Origin: Candidatus Latescibacterota bacterium
GTDB taxonomy: Bacteria; Latescibacterota; UBA2968; GCA-2709665
Length of the DNA stretch: 64,000 nt
Assembly: GCA_965219455.1 (NCBI GenBank)
Contig: OZ244744.1
Span: forward strand, 1,472,001 to 1,536,000
Direction: 5' to 3'
Shown: positions 19,672 to 29,077 of the stretch, one piece after another
Layout of the letters: the number at the start of each line of letters is the position of its first letter
Numbering within the stretch: the first letter of the stretch is position 1
Program-made: the position numbers and the translations under genes
The notes under the pieces: generated by a model
What the model saw: only the letters and a program-made list of their open reading frames with translations
The model's database searches: none
What the model was told of the DNA's origin: nothing

Positions 19672-20049
19672 TCATGGCCGGAAGGTTTTCAAGTCGAGTT
19701 CACTGATTGCGCGGTAGTGTTTGCGGTTGGCGGTGCAAAGTGTCAGATGACGTTCAACGGCAGTTGCCGTAATCAGGGCATCCGCCAGAGACAGTGCCGT
19801 CTTGAGCGTATATTCCTCCATATATACGGATGCTCTGTGACCGATGACTTCCGTGAGAGGCAAGGTCTGAAAGGCGTGATCTTTGAGGAAATACTTGATT
19901 TCCCTTAATTCCTGTCGGCTTCTCGCACCCTGAATCAGTTCCGCATACGTAACGAGCGATATCTGTCGGTCATCGTGCCTTTCTACAAGTTGAGCAGCCC
20001 CTTCATGGCCCCTGAAAACCCAGATCAAGACATCGGTATCAAAGATCAT
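19672..20049 (-). CDS. vapC: PIN-domain toxin
   Basis: MIFDTDVLI, ELIQG, DALITATA and TANRKHY. Confidence 0.92.
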   Translation of the reverse strand: MIFDTDVLIWVFRGHEGAAQLVERHDDRQISLVTYAELIQGARSRQELREIKYFLKDHAFQTLPLTEVIGHRASVYMEEYTLKTALSLADALITATAVERHLTLCTANRKHYRAISELDLKTFRP

Positions 20050-20284
20050 CCAGGCGGCCTTTTCTCAGATTGCGAACGAACGCGTCCACGTCCGCCATAT
20101 CTTTCCTGTCACGCCACATCCCGAACGCGGTATGGTCCGTTACTGATTTTTCCGTTCGCTGAAGGCTGGGTAACAGGATAGCCTTTTCCTTGCCTCGATA
20201 ATAGATGGTAACCGATTCGTTTCGGTCGAGCGCGAGCAATACGTCTTTCATGCGTCGTCTCAAGTCGAGAATGGTTGCTTTCAT
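20039..20284 (-). CDS. Phd/YefM-like antitoxin of vapC
   Basis: MKATILDLRR...ESVTIYYRGK...FGMWRDR; overlaps the toxin start; RBS ggagga. Confidence 0.85.
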   Translation of the reverse strand: MKATILDLRRRMKDVLLALDRNESVTIYYRGKEKAILLPSLQRTEKSVTDHTAFGMWRDRKDMADVDAFVRNLRKGRLDDL

Positions 20285-20380
20285 AATTCCTCCTTGAAGT
20301 GCACACTTAATATGTGCAATTAAGGGAAGGATGTCAAGCTGCAAATTGGTTCAGGCACCGATATTGGGGTTTCTCCGTGC

Positions 20381-20571
20381 CAGACCCCATGGCCGCGCTG
20401 TGGAACGTACTCGTTGGACCTCACGACACTTCACCACCTATCGGAGTTCCAGTATCCACTTCACCGTGTATGTTGTCCTCGGTCACACGGGCCAAAAGGT
20501 CATCGAGATTCAAGTCGGACGGCCTCACAGGTTCAATGACCGGTTTCTTTCCTCGCAGCGATAATTCCACC
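20381..20571 (-). pseudogene. Degenerate mazE 3' / mazF 5' fragment (paralogous to 22503-22693)
   Basis: Colinear nucleotide similarity, e.g. gtatccacttcaccgtgtatgttgtcc and attcaagtcggacgg. Confidence 0.85.
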
Positions 20572-20595
20572 GGAAAACTTGGTTTCATGCGGGTC

Positions 20596-20763
20596 AATTG
20601 ATGTGGTTCAGGCGCCGCAGCAGGATTCGTCGGGGGTGCCGTGCAGGGTTTGGCGCGTGGTTCGGGCGATGCGGTCGACTTCGGCGTCGCTCAGCGCGGT
20701 CACGTACGTTTCCGTTGGCTTGCGCACGACGGTATAGATCCGGTTATTCTTGAGTTGTCCATC
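20596..20763 (-). pseudogene. Displaced 3' end of the radical SAM gene (paralogous to ~22958-23125)
   Basis: Encodes LKNNRIYTVVRKPTETYVTALSDAEVDRIARTTRQ..CGA* versus LKNIQIYTVARDPAESYVTALSDAEVDHIARTTRQ..YGA*. Confidence 0.88.
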
Positions 20764-20826
20764 ATCGTTCGGATTGCCGGTAATAAAGCAAATGGGCGAG
20801 GATAACGTCGATTAACAGGTTTTTCG

Positions 20827-21807
20827 TCAATTCCAATGACTTAGTTCGTGCAGTGCGGGCATCAGATAGGCGATGACGATGCTGACCACCAGGCCGAAAG
20901 TAATCTTTCCAAAGTCAGAAAACACCAGCCGCAACACTTCCTGACGGCTGCGGTGCCTCTCATTCCAAACGACGGCAATCTCGCGTCCGGCCAGCAGACC
21001 AACGAAAACCCAGGTCGTGCTCATCGGGAGATGGCTGACCTCCTTGAACAGGTAAAGCACGATCCCGTAAATCAGATCTACGAACGTCGCCGAACGGATA
21101 TCAGTGGTATTTGTCTTCGTCAGCACCACCTTCTGGATCGCACCGCCATGGTTGTAAAAGATAACGGCTTGCATAGCCAGCATCATCGCGATGGACGCGA
21201 TAAACCAGCCCATGGATACGTCTGGCGTGCGACTGATCGGATTGCGCGGCAGGAAGACATAGATATTGGCCAGATCCTGTATCAGCCACTGGCTCCAGAG
21301 AAAACCGGTCGAGCACCACTGCGCAACCACCCACCACGAGTTTGTTGGGCCCTCAGTTTTCCTGAAGCGTGACTCCAGTACCCTCGTGACCCACCTGTAA
21401 ATGAGAACGGCAGCCACGAAGGCCGTCGCATACCCCATCAACGACTTGATGAGCATGCTCGGCAGTGCCTTCGGTGCAAACACCGTCAGAGTCAGGAATG
21501 TGGTACTGACTGGAATACCCCCGCGGGTCAGCAAGAGCAGTACGAAAGGCGGGACACAGTAAACCCAGCTGAAGTGATCTGGCACTTGAATCGACTGAAG
21601 TCTGCCATAGGAGACATCGCCGTCATAGACCACCCACCCATATACGAGGACGACAGTCAGTATGCCGCCGGTAAAGAGCCATAGCACCCACCATGGGCGG
21701 CGAGAGTTGGAACTGAGAAATGTCCCCAAAGTCTGGATTGCGTCGTTACCGACAATGGAATACGCCCCGAGCGAGAAGCCGATAACCATTAAAACTTCCA
21801 GACTCAT
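20827..21807 (-). CDS. Polytopic membrane protein, PiT/PHO4-like anion transporter
   Basis: Two repeats with GNDAIQT / QDLAN and PVSTT / PMSTT signatures resembling PHO4; multiple TM segments. Confidence 0.6.
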   Translation of the reverse strand: MSLEVLMVIGFSLGAYSIVGNDAIQTLGTFLSSNSRRPWWVLWLFTGGILTVVLVYGWVVYDGDVSYGRLQSIQVPDHFSWVYCVPPFVLLLLTRGGIPVSTTFLTLTVFAPKALPSMLIKSLMGYATAFVAAVLIYRWVTRVLESRFRKTEGPTNSWWVVAQWCSTGFLWSQWLIQDLANIYVFLPRNPISRTPDVSMGWFIASIAMMLAMQAVIFYNHGGAIQKVVLTKTNTTDIRSATFVDLIYGIVLYLFKEVSHLPMSTTWVFVGLLAGREIAVVWNERHRSRQEVLRLVFSDFGKITFGLVVSIVIAYLMPALHELSHWN

Positions 21808-22189
21808 AGAGAATCCTCTCCAGGCAAAGTTGTGTTATGGCGATGGTCTGTGGCGATGCCGTTTCGCCGGAAGGTAGAAAAACCTGATCACAGAACAGTC
21901 GATTGGACGCTGGGAAACCGAGGGCCGGGCGTTGCGTCGCCGGGTAGGACAACAGGCAAAAAAAAACCCCGACGCGGTTCCGGAGTAACGTTCCTGTTCT
22001 TCGGTTATTCGTGTCCTGTTTCAAATGACGTTTTCCGAATCGTCAACTCACGCTTTCCTCTCCCCCCAATTATACTACATAAAACCCGATGTCAAACTTT
22101 AAATTGGATTCAGGCCCGATCCGGATGGTGAGAAATCCGGGAATGGGAAGGGTTGATCTGCGGTACCTTATGACTCTGTTGGTTTTCCA

Positions 22190-22549
22190 TCACGACCCAT
22201 ATTCCCGTGCCAGGAGCGTACCAACTCTCTGTAAAACCGCATCCACTATCTCTGTAGGCAATGGACGAATCAAACCTGCGTTTCTCGCCCGCCAGTCCAG
22301 GCTCTTGACCTGATCTGACAGAATAACACCCGTCACATCCAAACCCGGTGGGATGGCGACCTCAAAGGGATACCCCTTCACCTGATTGGTAATTGGACAG
22401 AGTATTGCCAGACGGGTCTTGCTATTGTAAGCCCCGTTTGAGAGTACAACAGCGGGGCGACGTCCTCCTTGCTCATGTCCTGCCTGTGGATGGAAGTCAA
22501 TCCAGACCGCATCGCCGCATTGTGGTACGTACTCGCTCGACCTTACCAT
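22190..22549 (-). CDS. mazF: MazF/PemK endoribonuclease toxin
   Basis: PQAGHEQGGRRPAVVLS, CPITNQVKGYPFEV and DQVKSLDW. Confidence 0.95.
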   Translation of the reverse strand: MVRSSEYVPQCGDAVWIDFHPQAGHEQGGRRPAVVLSNGAYNSKTRLAILCPITNQVKGYPFEVAIPPGLDVTGVILSDQVKSLDWRARNAGLIRPLPTEIVDAVLQRVGTLLAREYGS

Positions 22550-22785
22550 ACTTCGCGGCCAATCGGAGGTCCGGTATCCACTTCACCGTGTATGTTGTCC
22601 CTGGTAACAAGGGCCAAAAGGTCGTCCAAATTCAAGTCGGACGGACTTACAGGTTCGATGACCAGTTCCTTACCACGCAGCGACAATTCGACCTGAGAAT
22701 TGGGTTGAAGTCCAATTTGAGCAGCGAGTGGCTTGGGAATACGCAGGGCTAGACTATTGCCCCATTTATGCACACGGGTTTCCAT
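22543..22785 (-). CDS. mazE: MazE/AbrB antitoxin
   Basis: KWGNSLALRIPK...NIHGEVDTG..GREVW; RBS ggagga. Confidence 0.95.
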   Translation of the reverse strand: METRVHKWGNSLALRIPKPLAAQIGLQPNSQVELSLRGKELVIEPVSPSDLNLDDLLALVTRDNIHGEVDTGPPIGREVW

Positions 22786-22969
22786 ATCGTTCCTCCATGA
22801 TTTGGTAGATACAATGAAGATACATCGACAAACAGATAGATCAAGAAAAATCTCGAACAATAGCTGTCATACAGGCTGGGAATATGATTGCGGAACTGCG
22901 TGAAATATGGCTAGACTGAATTGAGACCACGCCGCATCAATCCTGTTCATCCATGTAAATTGACGTGGT

Positions 22970-23854
22970 TCAGGCGCCGTAGTAGGACTCGACGGGGATG
23001 CCGGGCAGCATCTGGCGCGTGGTTCGGGCGATGTGGTCCACTTCGGCGTCGCTCAGGGCGGTCACGTACGATTCCGCGGGATCCCGGGCGACCGTGTAGA
23101 TCTGGATATTTTTGAGGCTTCCACCCTGTTCCAGGACGTCGGAGAGGATGTTGCAGAAGGCGACGATTTCTTCGTCGGGCGGCGGTTGGCCGTGAACGCG
23201 CATGAACAGGCTCTGGATGACCAGGGGCCATCTTCGTGCAGCCAGTTTCAGATTGTCCACGATCCGTTCGAATGAGATGCGGGTGCGTTCCACCAGGTGG
23301 TAATACTCGGCGGTGCCGGCTTCCAGTTTCGCCCAGATCTCCCCGTTGTTCCCGTGCATGACGTCAAAAGCATCCAGAACCGCCGGGACGTGGAACCGGG
23401 TGCAGTTGGTGATGGCGGTGATTTTAACTTCGGGCAGGTCGAACGACCGCTTGACGTCCGCGGTTTTTTCGACGATCTCCCTGAAACGGGGATAGGTTGT
23501 AGGCTCGCCGTCGCCGGAAAAAGCGATGTCGTTGATCCGCTTGAGCCGATCGGGGATCTCCCGGAATGCCGGGTGCTGAAACAGGCGGCCTCCAATCGTG
23601 TCTCCAAGCAGGCCGTTGAGTTCGTCGATCAGTCGGTCTTCGTCCACGTCGCGCAGCACGGGTGCGACCGTGCGATCCACCTGGCAGTAAATGCAGTCGA
23701 AATTGCAGATCTTGTCCGGGTTCAGATTGATACCGACGGAGATGCCTCCGGAGCGCCGCGAGAGCACCGGATAGACGTACCGGTTGTTTTCGAAGAGCCT
23801 GGAGTGCGAGGTCACGGCCCGCCGTACGGCCGCCTCGGCGGATGGATTCGCCAT
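22970..23854 (-). CDS. Radical SAM Fe-S protein (start uncertain)
   Basis: CNFDCIYC motif, YVYPVLSRRSGG and AFSGDGEPT. Confidence 0.9.
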   Translation of the reverse strand: MANPSAEAAVRRAVTSHSRLFENNRYVYPVLSRRSGGISVGINLNPDKICNFDCIYCQVDRTVAPVLRDVDEDRLIDELNGLLGDTIGGRLFQHPAFREIPDRLKRINDIAFSGDGEPTTYPRFREIVEKTADVKRSFDLPEVKITAITNCTRFHVPAVLDAFDVMHGNNGEIWAKLEAGTAEYYHLVERTRISFERIVDNLKLAARRWPLVIQSLFMRVHGQPPPDEEIVAFCNILSDVLEQGGSLKNIQIYTVARDPAESYVTALSDAEVDHIARTTRQMLPGIPVESYYGA

Positions 23855-24201
23855 ATATTCGCTTTCGTCAATCGGGATGGCGCCTGTCTGCCCTGCTTCG
23901 TTCCGCAGCGATCTGCCCGGATGGGGTTGACGCTCATTTCTATTGCAATATACCAAAGTTATCCATCTCGCGCACCGATTTCAAACCGTCTTTTTTTTGA
24001 ATCGCGTCAGGGCCGTTTTCCGCTTGTGTTCAGGGCAGAAAATCGATACCTTGTAGTCGGCAGGAAGTCGACACCTGGGCGACCACAAGGGTCGCCCCTA
24101 CGAAGCCAAACCTTCGCAATTGGACTTCGCCGGTCCGTAACGATAACCGGTGTTGGCTGACGGCTGATAGCTGTACGCTGACAGCTTTTTTAGAGGTTTT
24201 C

Positions 24202-24714
24202 ATGTCCACTTTTGTTGGCAGCCTGCCGGAACGCAAGAAGGTTTGCAAGGTTTCGTTCACGAACTGGGACAAAACGGTCGAGTGCAAACCGCACACCAAC
24301 CTTCGGCAACTGGCCATTGAAAACGATATCGGTCTCTACAACGGGATCTCCCGGTTCGCGAATTGCGAAGGCAACGGGTTGTGCGGAACCTGCACGGTCG
24401 AAGTTGTCCCGCAGGACGGCCTCACCGGAAAAGGCGCCAGGGAGAATCTACGCTTTCTGCTGCTGAAGGGAAATCTGCGCTTCGCCTGCCAGGTGGAGGT
24501 TACCGGAGACATACAGGTCACCAAACACGCGGGGTTGAAGGGGAACAAAAGGTACATACCCGGCATCGACCAGGCGGATGTGGTGCGCCTCTACCGGGAC
24601 GAGGGCAGGACAATAGCGGCGATCGCCGAGCAGAAGCAGTGTTCGGAGGCCAGGGTGGTTACCCTGCTCGAACGCGGTCGCGTCGAGTTACGCCGTCCGG
24701 GCTCGGCAGCATAG
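24202..24714 (+). CDS. 2Fe-2S ferredoxin with C-terminal HTH-like extension
   Basis: CEGNGLCGTC...RFACQ; tail VVRLYRDEGRTIAAIAEQKQCSEARVVTLLER. Confidence 0.8.
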   Translation: MSTFVGSLPERKKVCKVSFTNWDKTVECKPHTNLRQLAIENDIGLYNGISRFANCEGNGLCGTCTVEVVPQDGLTGKGARENLRFLLLKGNLRFACQVEVTGDIQVTKHAGLKGNKRYIPGIDQADVVRLYRDEGRTIAAIAEQKQCSEARVVTLLERGRVELRRPGSAA

Positions 24715-25006
24715 GCGCGGGACACCAGACGGAGCGGTGTATACAAGGGCGACTATAGGTCGCTTTTTTTGTTAGCTGATGGGACGCGCGATCAGGGCCG
24801 AACGACACCATACCGGAGGTATCCATTCCGGTTGTCGCGATGCGGCCAAGCCCTGCGGGGGTTCCCGTCCGGCGTTCCAGTCCACCTTCATTTGATCAAA
24901 TACGGACATATTCCAGTTCAGTGCCTGCATCGAATGGTTTTACAAAATATAAAGTGATGCTTCAGTTCAGGTTCAACCCGCCACACCTGCCACGCCAGTA
25001 TACGCC

Positions 25007-28000
25007 ATGACCTGCCGCCATATCCAATCCCCGTTACGCACGCTGTCCCTTCTGCTACTGTCGATCGCCCTGATGTACCGCCCGGCGAGTGCGCAATCCC
25101 AGGCGACCACGGGTGTGATCCGGGGCTTTGTATGCGATCAGTTCAACAATCCCGTTGGAGGCGCCACCGTCATTCTCAGGGAGGCCGGTACCAATTACCG
25201 AAGAATCCTTGCGTCGTCCGAACTGGGTCTTTTCACCGCAACCCTGTTGCCTCTCGGTTTCTACGATGTGACGGTACGGGCGGAGGGATGGTCCGAAGCC
25301 CGTCAGACCGGGGTGCAGGTCCGGGTTGGCGAGACGGTCGAACTGATCATCAAGATGATTATTGAAATGGAGGAGTTCGTCGTTGTGGCCAGAAGGCCCG
25401 CCGTCGACGTGACCCGGACCGAGACGGCCACCCGCCTGCCCGAGGACGCGGTACAGGATCTGCCCAACAACGGGCGCAATTTTCTGAACCTTACGCTCCT
25501 GACTCCCGGCGTGAGCATCGTGCAGGGACCGGACGGAGACGAATTGACCATTGCCGGACAGCGCGGCATCCACAACAATATCTCGGTAGACGGCGCCGAT
25601 TTCAACAACCCGTTCTTCGGCGAGCAACGCGGGGGTCAGCGCCCGGCCTTTACCTTCAATCTGGACGCCGTCGCGGAAATCGTTGTGGTTCCCCAGGGAG
25701 CCAACGCGGAATTCGGGCGCTCCAGCGGCGGATTCGTCAACGTCATCACCAAGTCGGGCACCAACACACTGAGCGGATCGGCGCATTTCTTCGGCAAGCA
25801 CGATGCCCTGTCCGAAATCGCGAGGCACAGTGACACGGAACGCAGGCCCAGCTTCAGACAGGGTCAGTTCGGGTTCACGTTCGGCGGCCCGCTGATCCGG
25901 GACAAGGCATTCTTCTTCGCGGCGTACGACCAGCAGGTGCTGAGAGACACCCGGCAAAGCGACATCGAGCGGATGGACGACCGCTTGCGACGCTTTATGG
26001 ACACCGGGTTCAACGGGGCGTTGAGGGAAGACTACGGCCCCATCGACCGCACCAACGACGCCCGTGCGTTTCTGGCCAAGGCTGATCTTCACCTCTCGAA
26101 GAACCACTCCGCCACCTTCAAGTACAACTACACGTGGTCCGAGCAGGAAAACGGCACCTTCGACGTGGACTCATGGGGGCGAAGCGCCAATGCGATTGAA
26201 AGAGACTGGTCGCACGCCTTCAACGGCAGCCTGGTATCGCTTCTATCCCCCAACACCATCAATGAATTCCGATTCCAGGTCTCCCGCGAGGACCGGCCGC
26301 GCCGCTACGAGGGTCCGGGCAACCCCGATACCGGGCGCCCCTTCCCCGACACGGGCATGGACTATACACACGGCTATCGTTTCGGCATGCCATTCTTCAT
26401 ACCGGTGGAATACTACGACACCCGCGTCCAATTGCTCAACAATATCTCCCTGGCCAGGGGCGGCCACCTTTTCAAGGCCGGCGTCGAGTGGAACCGCGTC
26501 GAATCCGCGCAGACCTTTATCGGATTCGCCAACGGACGGTACATCTTCGACTCGGTGGACGGGTTTCTCAACTTTGTAGAAAAGGGCAACCGGTACGTCG
26601 AATGTTCCGACGGAAGTTTCAGCACTGACGGTGTATGCGCCGAGGGTGCGCGAATCACCGGACCGGTCCTGTTCTACCTGGAACAGGCCGGCGTGGGCGG
26701 GCTGACCGTGGAGGAATCGGGCACCCAGAAAATCCTCCAGCACGAATTGGCCCTGTTCGTGCAGGACAGTTGGCAGGTCTCCAACAGGTTGACGCTCAAC
26801 TACGGCTTGCGCTGGGAGGCGCAGATTCAGCCCGACCCCATCACCGATCCTTCCAGGGTCTTCTTCGCCGATTTCATCGGCAAGACCGTGACCAACGATG
26901 CGGGCGCCCACAGGTTCCCGTCCAACGGCAGAATCCCCTCCGACCCGGATATGTTCCAGCCGCGGATAGGCCTGGCCTACGACGCGTACGGCGACAACAA
27001 GACCCTCTTGCGCGCCAGCGCCGGGATCTACTACGCCCGCATACCCGGGTTGAACCTGGCCAGCACCCGCTCGACTAACGGCTCGCGCGGGCAATCCCTC
27101 TTCCGGTCCAGCGAGTTGACGCCGGTTTTGGGCCCGCCCCCGGCGTACGGCGAGCTGCTGCCCTCGCCCAAGGGCGACCCCTTCCGCCCCAACATCCATG
27201 TCTTCGATGAGAACTTCGAGAACCCGCGAACCCTCAGCCTGAACGCGGGTATCGAGCACGAGTTGCAAGCGTCGGGGCTTGTGGGCACGTTCGATTATAC
27301 CTACTCCCGTACCGAAAATCTCACGCGTTTCGTCAACCGAAACGACGCCGTGTTCGGTTCTCCATGGTCAACCGGCCTGGGTCCGGACGGCGACAACGGC
27401 GTGGGCAACCTGATCGTCACCGAAAGCACGGCGAGATCCCGCTACCACGGCCTCAGCCTGGGGCTTCGGCGTGTGGTGCGCGACGACCTGCAGTTCCAGA
27501 TCAACTACACGATGTCCTGGGACCGGTCCGATGACGACAACGAGCGCGACCCCTTCACCTTCCGCTACGTCGATCCCACCCGGCTGGATCGGGAATGGAG
27601 CTTTTCGGACCGCGACCAGCGCCACCGCTTCAACGCCTGGGCGCTGGCCGTACTGCCCGGCGACGTCTTGATGAACAATCGCGTGAGCTTCTATTCCCCG
27701 CAGCCGACCTCCGCCGCCTGCGGCGGCAACAACCGGGCGTCTACCCGGCCCACGACCAATCCCTGGGGGCCCACGTCCGACCGGATCTGCGCCGACGGCG
27801 CCATCGTCCAGCGCAACATCCTGCGCAAGGATCACGGGTTCTTCTCGTGGGACGTGCGCCTGACCCGACCCATTCCGATGGGAACGGGACGGCTGGAGGC
27901 CATTGTCGAGATCTTCAACCTGCTCAACACGGACAACTACCGAGACCCCTCCACCTCGGGCCTGCTGTTCAATTTCGACGGTACCGTCCAGTCCGGCCTC

Positions 28001-28045
28001 GGCGACCCGCGCGAAGTGCAGATCGGCATGCGGTACGTGTTTTGA
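25007..28045 (+). CDS. TonB-dependent receptor (Oar-like, carboxypeptidase-regulatory-like N-terminal domain)
   Basis: Signal peptide, LPNNGRNF..L..LTPGV, AEFGRSSGG..NVITKSGTN, LTLNYGLRWE and C-terminal F. Confidence 0.92.
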   Translation: MTCRHIQSPLRTLSLLLLSIALMYRPASAQSQATTGVIRGFVCDQFNNPVGGATVILREAGTNYRRILASSELGLFTATLLPLGFYDVTVRAEGWSEARQTGVQVRVGETVELIIKMIIEMEEFVVVARRPAVDVTRTETATRLPEDAVQDLPNNGRNFLNLTLLTPGVSIVQGPDGDELTIAGQRGIHNNISVDGADFNNPFFGEQRGGQRPAFTFNLDAVAEIVVVPQGANAEFGRSSGGFVNVITKSGTNTLSGSAHFFGKHDALSEIARHSDTERRPSFRQGQFGFTFGGPLIRDKAFFFAAYDQQVLRDTRQSDIERMDDRLRRFMDTGFNGALREDYGPIDRTNDARAFLAKADLHLSKNHSATFKYNYTWSEQENGTFDVDSWGRSANAIERDWSHAFNGSLVSLLSPNTINEFRFQVSREDRPRRYEGPGNPDTGRPFPDTGMDYTHGYRFGMPFFIPVEYYDTRVQLLNNISLARGGHLFKAGVEWNRVESAQTFIGFANGRYIFDSVDGFLNFVEKGNRYVECSDGSFSTDGVCAEGARITGPVLFYLEQAGVGGLTVEESGTQKILQHELALFVQDSWQVSNRLTLNYGLRWEAQIQPDPITDPSRVFFADFIGKTVTNDAGAHRFPSNGRIPSDPDMFQPRIGLAYDAYGDNKTLLRASAGIYYARIPGLNLASTRSTNGSRGQSLFRSSELTPVLGPPPAYGELLPSPKGDPFRPNIHVFDENFENPRTLSLNAGIEHELQASGLVGTFDYTYSRTENLTRFVNRNDAVFGSPWSTGLGPDGDNGVGNLIVTESTARSRYHGLSLGLRRVVRDDLQFQINYTMSWDRSDDDNERDPFTFRYVDPTRLDREWSFSDRDQRHRFNAWALAVLPGDVLMNNRVSFYSPQPTSAACGGNNRASTRPTTNPWGPTSDRICADGAIVQRNILRKDHGFFSWDVRLTRPIPMGTGRLEAIVEIFNLLNTDNYRDPSTSGLLFNFDGTVQSGLGDPREVQIGMRYVF

Positions 28046-28176
28046 GGGTGGAGAAAAGGTTTGAGGCGGGAAATCCGGTTTGAGAGAAAGGGAAATGTTC
28101 GACCTCGGCCAAACTTCCTGACTGCCGACACATCCATAGCCAGAGCCACTACTTCTGTTCCGTCACCAGGTAGGGT

Positions 28177-28205
28177 TTGACATCAATAACGCCATGCGTT
28201 ATTAT
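28177..28205 (+). promoter_or_regulatory. Sigma70 promoter with operator palindrome for higBA
   Basis: TTGACA-17-TATTAT; spacer holds aataacgc-cat-gcgttatt inverted repeat. Confidence 0.75.
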
Positions 28206-28218
28206 TCTTAATGCTAAA

Positions 28219-28500
28219 ATGATAGAATCGTTCCGCGACAGAGAGGCCGAAAAAGTTTTCCGTCGCAGGTGGTCGCGGAAATTCTCGGGGACGTTGGGGC
28301 GTCCAGCTCTGAAAAAGCTCCTTCTGTTGGACGCAGCTGTTTCGGTACAGGACTTGCGGTCGCCGCCAGGCAACAAAATGGAGAGACTCAAGGGTGATCG
28401 CCGCGGCCAATACAGTATTCGCATTAACGAGCAATAGCGAATTTGCTTCAATTGGAAGGCGGGGCGCGCAGTAAACGTAGAGATAGTTGATTACCATTAG
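28219..28500 (+). pseudogene. higB: HigB toxin with in-frame amber stop at 28435-28437
   Basis: [34 protein letters not shown]...VEIVDYH*; the conserved W codon reads TAG. Confidence 0.88.
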
Positions 28501-28509
28501 GAGGTGTTT

Positions 28510-28815
28510 ATGCGTACCACCACGATGCCCCCGATTCACCCGGGAGAGATCCTGCTGGAGGAGTTCCTTAATCCCCTGGGTATCAGCCAATATCGTCTGG
28601 CGAAAGACATCTCAGTTCCTCCTCGCCGAATTAACGAGATTGTTCATGGCAAACGGGCTGTCACGGCGGACACCGCGCTTCGGCTGGCTCGTTACTTTGG
28701 AACAACAGACCAATTCTGGCTCAATCTCCAATCACGGTACGAACTGGAGTTGGAGAGAGACCGGCTCGGCGAGCGATTACAGGCTGAGGTGAGAGTCCGG
28801 GAGCGAGTTGAATAG
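28510..28815 (+). CDS. higA: HigA antitoxin
   Basis: PIHPGEILLEEFL, RINEIVHGKRAVTADTALRLARYF and FWLNLQ. Confidence 0.95.
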   Translation: MRTTTMPPIHPGEILLEEFLNPLGISQYRLAKDISVPPRRINEIVHGKRAVTADTALRLARYFGTTDQFWLNLQSRYELELERDRLGERLQAEVRVRERVE

Positions 28816-29077
28816 AATCTCAGCGGCAACAGACATGTCGGGCAGCCATAATGGATTTTAGTGAAGGCCCGATGCGCAGGAATGTATCTGGCAAGAGACA
28901 TCACAGCGTCCGATCCGGACAGCCGCATTCGCGGCACCACTCTCGTCGCCGTCGAAAAGCTGTCGCGCTAACCTGGCGTGAGGTTTCGCTGGACCGATAT
29001 CGAGCTTGGATTCAATGTCGACGGTGAACGGATATAATTCGCTGTGCGAATTGTTACAAAAACACTGGGAAACCTCT

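Noticed and set aside
28435-28437. Genetic-code reassignment of TAG
   Set aside because: Many genes in the window terminate normally at TAG (pstS, pstC, pstA, pstB, phoU)
28860-29000. Possible fourth RM 5' fragment upstream of the ATPase
   Set aside because: Only a few matching bases (ctcgtcgccgtcgaaaagct); no sustained alignment
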